From assembly GCA_041600755.1 (NCBI GenBank), contig JBFIJL010000001.1, positions 56,798 through 120,797 on the forward strand: a DNA stretch of 64,000 bases, read 5' to 3'. Below are positions 58,405 to 64,000 of this stretch, one piece after another (position 1 is the first letter of the stretch; each line of letters starts with the position of its first letter). Position numbers and translations under genes: made by a program. The notes beneath the pieces were generated by a model. The model had not been told where the DNA came from and searched no databases. It was given only the letters and a program-made list of their open reading frames with translations. The stretch is from Candidatus Saccharimonadales bacterium (GTDB lineage: Bacteria > Patescibacteriota > Saccharimonadia > Saccharimonadales > JAXHNE01).

Positions 58405-59009
58405 TCAGTCTGTTCATCTAAAACTGATTTAATATCCCCATAATTAAAGCCTTGTCTAGCCAGGAATTGCATAAATTTTTGCTTGTCTGCCTTAAAGCGC
58501 GATAAGTGTTTTTTACGATCAACAAGTGCACGAAGCACCTCCAGCTCATCTGTCTCATCTTCCCTGAGCGCTTCATCAATAATATTCGAAGCTACTCTTT
58601 TTTGCTGCAACTCCATGCGCAGCTTTCGCTCGCTAGTTGGCTTTAGTAATCTACGATTCTCAATCCAGCGACGTGCGAATGAACTATCGTCGATCAGCTT
58701 CAGTGATTCTAGTTTTTTGAGCAATGACTCTGCCGTTTCTGAATCTGTTTTTTTACGGTCTAAATAACTTTGCAGCTCCCACCTACTTCTCGGACGCGTC
58801 GCCAGTAAACCCAACAAGCGATCATATAGCTTGCCGTCTTCTGAGGCTTTTTTAAGTTTGGCAATGTCCGACTCCTGCAACTCATCGCCAATACGTAGTC
58901 CTGCCTCCAGCAGGCCATCTTGACTGAGTGAGAAACTGTACTTCTCGTCTATAAAAATCGAAAACCGTGACTTATTTTTAACCTGCACGGAAATTGCAGT
59001 TACCTTCAA
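58401..59009 (-). CDS. recX: Regulatory protein RecX
   Basis: RPRSRWEL, LIDDSSFARRWI, LRMELQQK, FLARQGF; downstream of recA. Confidence 0.9.
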   Translation of the reverse strand: MKVTAISVQVKNKSRFSIFIDEKYSFSLSQDGLLEAGLRIGDELQESDIAKLKKASEDGKLYDRLLGLLATRPRSRWELQSYLDRKKTDSETAESLLKKLESLKLIDDSSFARRWIENRRLLKPTSERKLRMELQQKRVASNIIDEALREDETDELEVLRALVDRKKHLSRFKADKQKFMQFLARQGFNYGDIKSVLDEQTD

Positions 59010-59458
59010 GCAACACTCCAGAACATCGCAGCAAGCACAACTCCAATCACTAACTCAATATATATGCCGCTTTTAAATTCATAACGTTGGATATCTTTAT
59101 GAAACTGCGACAATCTGCCTTTTGGAGCAGGAGGCAACTTGCCAAATTGCTCTTGTATGGAAAATTTATAAAGCCAAACAAAATCAGGAGATAGCGCTAC
59201 CAACATGCACACTCCAACTAGCCACGGTTGAGCCATGAATGCAAACGCCAGTAAAGCAAGAGCGATAAAAGTATCGATGCGCGTCACAGTAGTAAAAATT
59301 TCAGGGCGTCTTCCGATGCTTTTATCAAACTTCACACCAAAGTGCGGCAGTGCATCGAGCACGAAGTGGCTCAAAAAGGCCAACGGCACGGCGGCAAATG
59401 GGTTTGTGATCGTTAGCCCAATCAGCCCACCGGTCAAAAAATGATTCGTCCCAGTCAT
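59006..59458 (-). CDS. Membrane protein with metal-dependent hydrolase-like His motifs
   Basis: HFLTG, SHFVLDALPH, SPD, FHKDIQ. Confidence 0.65.
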   Translation of the reverse strand: MTGTNHFLTGGLIGLTITNPFAAVPLAFLSHFVLDALPHFGVKFDKSIGRRPEIFTTVTRIDTFIALALLAFAFMAQPWLVGVCMLVALSPDFVWLYKFSIQEQFGKLPPAPKGRLSQFHKDIQRYEFKSGIYIELVIGVVLAAMFWSVA

Positions 59459-59724
59459 TATTCTACAGTCTCGACCTCAACTGAAGATCGGACCCAAACT
59501 CTACCCAAAACTTGACCAGTATCATCAAGCTTCTCAATACATGACACACCCTGAACCGATACGTCATCTGCTCTTTTATGCGTTTCAAGGAAAAGCAACG
59601 CCGCTTCCGAGCGCGACTCTTCATGATCAATATCTGCCGCAACCCTAGGTTTAATAGATGATCTATCTAGGAATAATCTATGCGGAAAATCTGTATTCGG
59701 AGTTTTATGCTGCTCCGATGCCAT
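59458..59724 (-). CDS. Small hypothetical protein
   Basis: ATG immediately after recA stop; stop overlaps next start. Confidence 0.5.
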   Translation of the reverse strand: MASEQHKTPNTDFPHRLFLDRSSIKPRVAADIDHEESRSEAALLFLETHKRADDVSVQGVSCIEKLDDTGQVLGRVWVRSSVEVETVE

Positions 59725-59725
59725 A

Positions 59726-60769
59726 CTATGCCTCAGCCTTTGCTGCTGCAGCGCGAACTTTTTTATCAATTTCTTTTAGTACTTTTGGATTTTCTTCTAG
59801 GTATGTCTTGGTTGCTTCACGACCTTGGCCGATTTTTGCATCAGCGTAGGCGTACCAAGCACCGGCTTTTTCGACGATGTCGTATTTAACAGCGAGGTCA
59901 AGTACATCTCCAGAAATCGAGATTCCCTTGTTGTACATGATGTCAAATTCAGCAACGCGGAACGGAGGCGCGATCTTGTTCTTTACCACTTTTACCTTAA
60001 CGTGGTTACCAATAATGTCGTCACCATTTTTGATTTGGGCAGCCCGGCGAATATCCATGCGAACGCTTGCGTAAAACTTCAGTGCATTTCCGCCAGTAGT
60101 GGTTTCTGGATTACCAAACATAACACCAATCTTCATGCGTATCTGGTTGATGAAGATAACTGTAGTCTTGCTGCGAGAAATTACGCCCGTTAGCTTACGT
60201 AGCGCCTGGCTCATCAAACGAGCCTGGAGCCCCATGTGGCTATCGCCCATGTCGCCTTCGATTTCTGCACGTGGCGTTAGCGCTGCAACAGAGTCAACAA
60301 CAATCAAATCGACTGCATTTGAACGAACAAGAGTCTCGACAATTTCTAGCGCCTGCTCACCATTATCTGGCTGCGAAAGAAGTAGGTTATCGACATCTAC
60401 GCCAATTCGGCGAGCATAAGACGGGTCAAGTGCGTGCTCTGCGTCAATAAATGCAGCAGTGCCACCAGTTTTCTGAACTTCTGCAATGGCGTGAAGCGTA
60501 AGCGTTGTTTTACCACTAGATTCTGGACCATAGACCTCTACGATTCGTCCACGCGGAATTCCTCCGCCGAGTGCCAGGTCAAGCCCTAGACTACCTGTGC
60601 CAGTTGTTTCTACGTCAATCTTGTGCGATTCGCCAAGCTTCATGATTGAGCCTTTGCCGAACTGTTTTTCAATTTGATCAAGCGCCAAGCCCAAGGCTTT
60701 ATTTTTTCCTTCAGAATCTCCAGTTACGTCTTTTCCAATAACTTTTTTCTCTTTTTCAGCCTTTGCCAT
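59726..60769 (-). CDS. recA: Recombinase A
   Basis: [32 protein letters not shown]. Confidence 0.99.
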   Translation of the reverse strand: MAKAEKEKKVIGKDVTGDSEGKNKALGLALDQIEKQFGKGSIMKLGESHKIDVETTGTGSLGLDLALGGGIPRGRIVEVYGPESSGKTTLTLHAIAEVQKTGGTAAFIDAEHALDPSYARRIGVDVDNLLLSQPDNGEQALEIVETLVRSNAVDLIVVDSVAALTPRAEIEGDMGDSHMGLQARLMSQALRKLTGVISRSKTTVIFINQIRMKIGVMFGNPETTTGGNALKFYASVRMDIRRAAQIKNGDDIIGNHVKVKVVKNKIAPPFRVAEFDIMYNKGISISGDVLDLAVKYDIVEKAGAWYAYADAKIGQGREATKTYLEENPKVLKEIDKKVRAAAAKAEA

Positions 60770-60867
60770 AAGTTGTATTCCCTCCGTCAGTAGTTATGAG
60801 TCTTATTATAACATCCAGGTGTAGACCAGACACCAATAAAGCTTTATACTTACCAACCGTAAGCACT

Positions 60868-62616
60868 ATGAGAATTTCAGATTCATTCGTCGAACAACTA
60901 CTCCAAAAAATGGACGTCAAGAAAGATCAACTTGATGATCTGCATGCACGTGTCAAAGAAGAAAAGAAGCCACTTCAGGATGTTGTATTATCCTCAAATC
61001 TGATAAGCGAAGCTGAGCTAACTAAGGCCTATGCCGAAGAAATTGATGTACCGTTTGTAGAAATTGACGTCAAAGGCCTCAACAAAGAACTCCTTCACCT
61101 TGTGCCTGAGAGAATTGCTCGTCAATATAGCGCTGTCATTACAGGAGTCGACGACGATGGCTCCAAGCAAATTGCACTAGCCGATCCAGATGACGTTCAG
61201 GCAATTAACTTCCTGCAGAAACTACTTGGCAGTCAAATTATTATAAGCGTCGCTACGCGAACCAACATACTAAACGCACTTGATCAATACCGCGGAAACA
61301 TTGGCAGCGAAATCACCAAAGCCGCTGGCGAAACAGGCGATGATGAAGATGACGAGGACGTCAGCGATGAAGATGTGGCTGAGGATTCACCAATTGCCCA
61401 AACCGTAAACTTGATCATCGAGTATGCGATCAAGTCTGGGGCCAGCGATATTCATATCGAACCTCGCGACAAGCATTTGCAAATCCGCTATCGAATCGAT
61501 GGCGTACTGCGCGAAGCCAATAAATTACCACGCAAGACTCAATCAGCCCTAGTGTCACGTATTAAAATTTTATCTAACCTGAAGATTGACGAACGCCGCG
61601 CACCACAAGACGGTCGCTTCAAAATAAATCTCAACGACCGGATTTTTGCATTCCGCGTCTCTACCCTCCCAGTTCAAGATGGCGAAAAGGTAGTTATGCG
61701 TGTACTTGACGAGTCGAGTGAACCGCTCAGCCTTCAAAAGCTTGGCTTCTGGGGATTGGCACTTGAAAATATTCAAAAAGCCATCAAGCAGCCTCACGGG
61801 ATGCTTCTTGTTACCGGCCCAACAGGATCTGGTAAATCTACTACGCTGCACAGTGTTCTGAATATTCTAAATAAGCCCGACGTCAACATTTCCACCGTTG
61901 AAGATCCTGTAGAATACCGGCTAGAAGGCGTCAATCAAACTCAGGTGAACGTCAAGGCTGGTATGACTTTTGTAAATGGTCTGCGTGCACTTCTCAGACA
62001 AGATCCGAACGTCATCATGGTGGGGGAAATTCGTGACGGCGAAACTGCAGGTCTTGGTGTTCAGGCTGCGCTAACTGGCCACCTCGTGTTCTCAACTCTG
62101 CACACCAACAACGCTGCCACTTGTTTGCCGCGTCTCCTTGACATGAACATCGAGCCCTTCCTGATTGCCAGCGTGGTTCGCGTTGTTATAGGTCAACGTC
62201 TTGTGCGTCGTATTGTGCCTGAAGAATGCGAAGAGTACGAACCAGATGCCAAGCAAAAGGCTGAAATTGAGCGTGCATTTGGAATCAAAACTGCAGCCGA
62301 TTGGAAGCAGATTCAAGATCTTGTAGACAAGGCACGTGAGGCATTTGATACACCAAAATCAAACAAAATAACTTTCTGGCGACCAAAGAGCGACCTTAAA
62401 GACACCCACACTGGCTACCGAGGGCGAATGGGCATCTATGAAGTGCTTGCGATTAGTAGTGAAATCGAAAAAATGATTGTCGCAAATGCAACTAGTGATG
62501 ACATTCAAAATCAAGCAATAAAGGACGGCATGTCCACCATGCAGCTTGATGGTCTTATTAAAGCCGCGATTGGCATGACGAGTATTGAAGAGATCCTGCG
62601 AGTAACCAGAGAGTAG
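60868..62616 (+). CDS. pilB: Type IV pilus assembly ATPase PilB/GspE
   Basis: ASDIHIEP, PQDGR, GPTGSGKS, LRQDPN..MVGEIRD, TGHLVFSTLH. Confidence 0.95.
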   Translation: MRISDSFVEQLLQKMDVKKDQLDDLHARVKEEKKPLQDVVLSSNLISEAELTKAYAEEIDVPFVEIDVKGLNKELLHLVPERIARQYSAVITGVDDDGSKQIALADPDDVQAINFLQKLLGSQIIISVATRTNILNALDQYRGNIGSEITKAAGETGDDEDDEDVSDEDVAEDSPIAQTVNLIIEYAIKSGASDIHIEPRDKHLQIRYRIDGVLREANKLPRKTQSALVSRIKILSNLKIDERRAPQDGRFKINLNDRIFAFRVSTLPVQDGEKVVMRVLDESSEPLSLQKLGFWGLALENIQKAIKQPHGMLLVTGPTGSGKSTTLHSVLNILNKPDVNISTVEDPVEYRLEGVNQTQVNVKAGMTFVNGLRALLRQDPNVIMVGEIRDGETAGLGVQAALTGHLVFSTLHTNNAATCLPRLLDMNIEPFLIASVVRVVIGQRLVRRIVPEECEEYEPDAKQKAEIERAFGIKTAADWKQIQDLVDKAREAFDTPKSNKITFWRPKSDLKDTHTGYRGRMGIYEVLAISSEIEKMIVANATSDDIQNQAIKDGMSTMQLDGLIKAAIGMTSIEEILRVTRE

Positions 62617-62618
62617 TC

Positions 62619-63833
62619 ATGAAATTCACTTATACAGCAATAAATGCCGACGCCAAACGGACATCAGGATCAATCGAAGCTCCCAACCAGACTCTTGCAA
62701 ATGAGTACCTACAAAAACGTGGCCTAAAGCCACTGGTAGTCAAACAAGCGAAGAAAGGTGGGATTGACCTCAAGAACCTCTCAATCGGCAACAAAATAAA
62801 ACTACGCGATCTTGTCATATTCACCCGCCAGCTTTCAACAATGATTAACGCAGGAGTGCCGCTTGTTAAATCCTTAGCAACCCTCAATCAGCAGACTGAA
62901 AATCCAAAATTCAAAGAACACATCGATGACATAACCAAAGAAGTTGAAGGCGGCATGTCCTTTGCTGACACTCTCGAAAAACACAAAGAAGTATTTTCCC
63001 CAATTTATATAAATATGGTGCGAGCTGGTGAAGCGGGAGGAATCCTAGATGATATTCTAAAGAAACTTGCCATACAGCAAGAAAAAGACGCCTCGATTCG
63101 CGCTAAGTTCAAGAGCGCTATGACCTATCCTATAATTTTGCTATCAATCACACTACTGGTTTTCCTTGGACTCATGTTAATTGCCATGCCTAAAATTGGT
63201 GGCATTATTACCGATCTTGCTGGACCCGACGCAGAACTACCCCAGCTCACTCAAATTATGCTTAATATAAGCGCTGCAATGGTTAATTTCTGGTACATTA
63301 TCATCTTTGGTGGCATTGGGCTTGGAATCTTCCTTAAGCGCTATACCAAAACTGAGCGCGGCCGCATGCAAAAAGACAAGTTCCTGCTAAAAGTACCGGT
63401 GCTGGGTGTTGTTGTTACCAAGGTCGCAATTGCCAGATTTTCACGTATTTTCGCGTCGCTCATGAGTGCTGGTGTATCTGTTACAGAAACACTGATTGTC
63501 ACCTCTGGCGCAATCGGCAATGCAGTCATCGAGCAAGAACTGAAACAGGCTGCGAAAGAAGTAACCAACGGCCGACAGCTTTCTGAACCACTGCTTGAGA
63601 GTAAAATATTTCCACCAATTGTTGGGCAAATGTTATCAATTGGTGAAGAAACGGGTCAAACAGATCAGATTTTAATAAAGGTTGCTGATTTTTATGAAGA
63701 AGAGATTGATGCAGTGGTTGAAAGCCTAAGTTCAATATTGGAGCCGATCATGATCGTCGTCATGGGTGCAATGGTTGCGCTAATTGCTGCCAGTGTCATC
63801 GGCCCTATCAGCAGCCTCTCGAGTCAGATATAG
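62619..63833 (+). CDS. pilC: Type IV pilus platform protein PilC/GspF
   Basis: FTRQLSTMINAGV, AGEAGG, AMTYP, GEETG, LEP. Confidence 0.95.
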   Translation: MKFTYTAINADAKRTSGSIEAPNQTLANEYLQKRGLKPLVVKQAKKGGIDLKNLSIGNKIKLRDLVIFTRQLSTMINAGVPLVKSLATLNQQTENPKFKEHIDDITKEVEGGMSFADTLEKHKEVFSPIYINMVRAGEAGGILDDILKKLAIQQEKDASIRAKFKSAMTYPIILLSITLLVFLGLMLIAMPKIGGIITDLAGPDAELPQLTQIMLNISAAMVNFWYIIIFGGIGLGIFLKRYTKTERGRMQKDKFLLKVPVLGVVVTKVAIARFSRIFASLMSAGVSVTETLIVTSGAIGNAVIEQELKQAAKEVTNGRQLSEPLLESKIFPPIVGQMLSIGEETGQTDQILIKVADFYEEEIDAVVESLSSILEPIMIVVMGAMVALIAASVIGPISSLSSQI

Positions 63834-63940
63834 AAAAATATACTTGCAAGCCATTGCGCTTATGGTAGTCTATAGACATAAGTCTACACATGTGACTTCA
63901 AACGTAACATTACAAATAAATTCAAGGAGGGTGGGAACCC

Positions 63941-64000
63941 ATGCTTAAAACATTAAAAAATAGTAAAGGTTTTACAATTATCGAACTTTTGATCGTGATT
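63941..64000 (+). CDS. Type IV pilin (truncated by window end)
   Basis: AGGAGG SD; MLKTLKNSKG/FTIIELLIVI prepilin cleavage motif. Confidence 0.9.
   Translation, partial: MLKTLKNSKGFTIIELLIVI

Overview
Chromosomal segment of a small-genome, monoderm, type-IV-piliated bacterium, most consistent with Patescibacteria/CPR (Saccharimonadia-like). This is inferred from short TsaB, class F sortases, an HTH-MurA fusion and frequent leaderless gene starts. Housekeeping content: tmRNA, rsmA, pcrA/uvrD, pyk-pgk-tpiA, murD/murI/murB/murA, folD, glyA, msrA, rny/ymdB, tsaB/tsaE, recA/recX, pilB/pilC/pilin and seven tRNAs. The most notable non-routine observations are: (1) a candidate small-molecule signalling locus (pyruvoyl arginine decarboxylase, membrane protein, LuxI/FeeM-like acyltransferase, 7TM-GAF histidine kinase), with four divergent receiver-only regulators and a leader-peptide-controlled GNAT + M14 deacylase operon; (2) a family of 74-173 bp structured units downstream of tmRNA and at least four tRNAs, each ending in a copy of the host gene's 3' end, with sequence cores shared between different host genes; (3) a 4.7 kb island in tRNA-Pro whose att core lies inside its own serine recombinase ORF, so excision would add a 49-aa C-terminal tail; (4) an unannotated ferredoxin pseudogene, a 6S-like RNA, a tRNA-Glu-derived structured RNA and a catalytically dead sortase paralogue. 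All functional calls come from reading motifs by eye; no searches were run.
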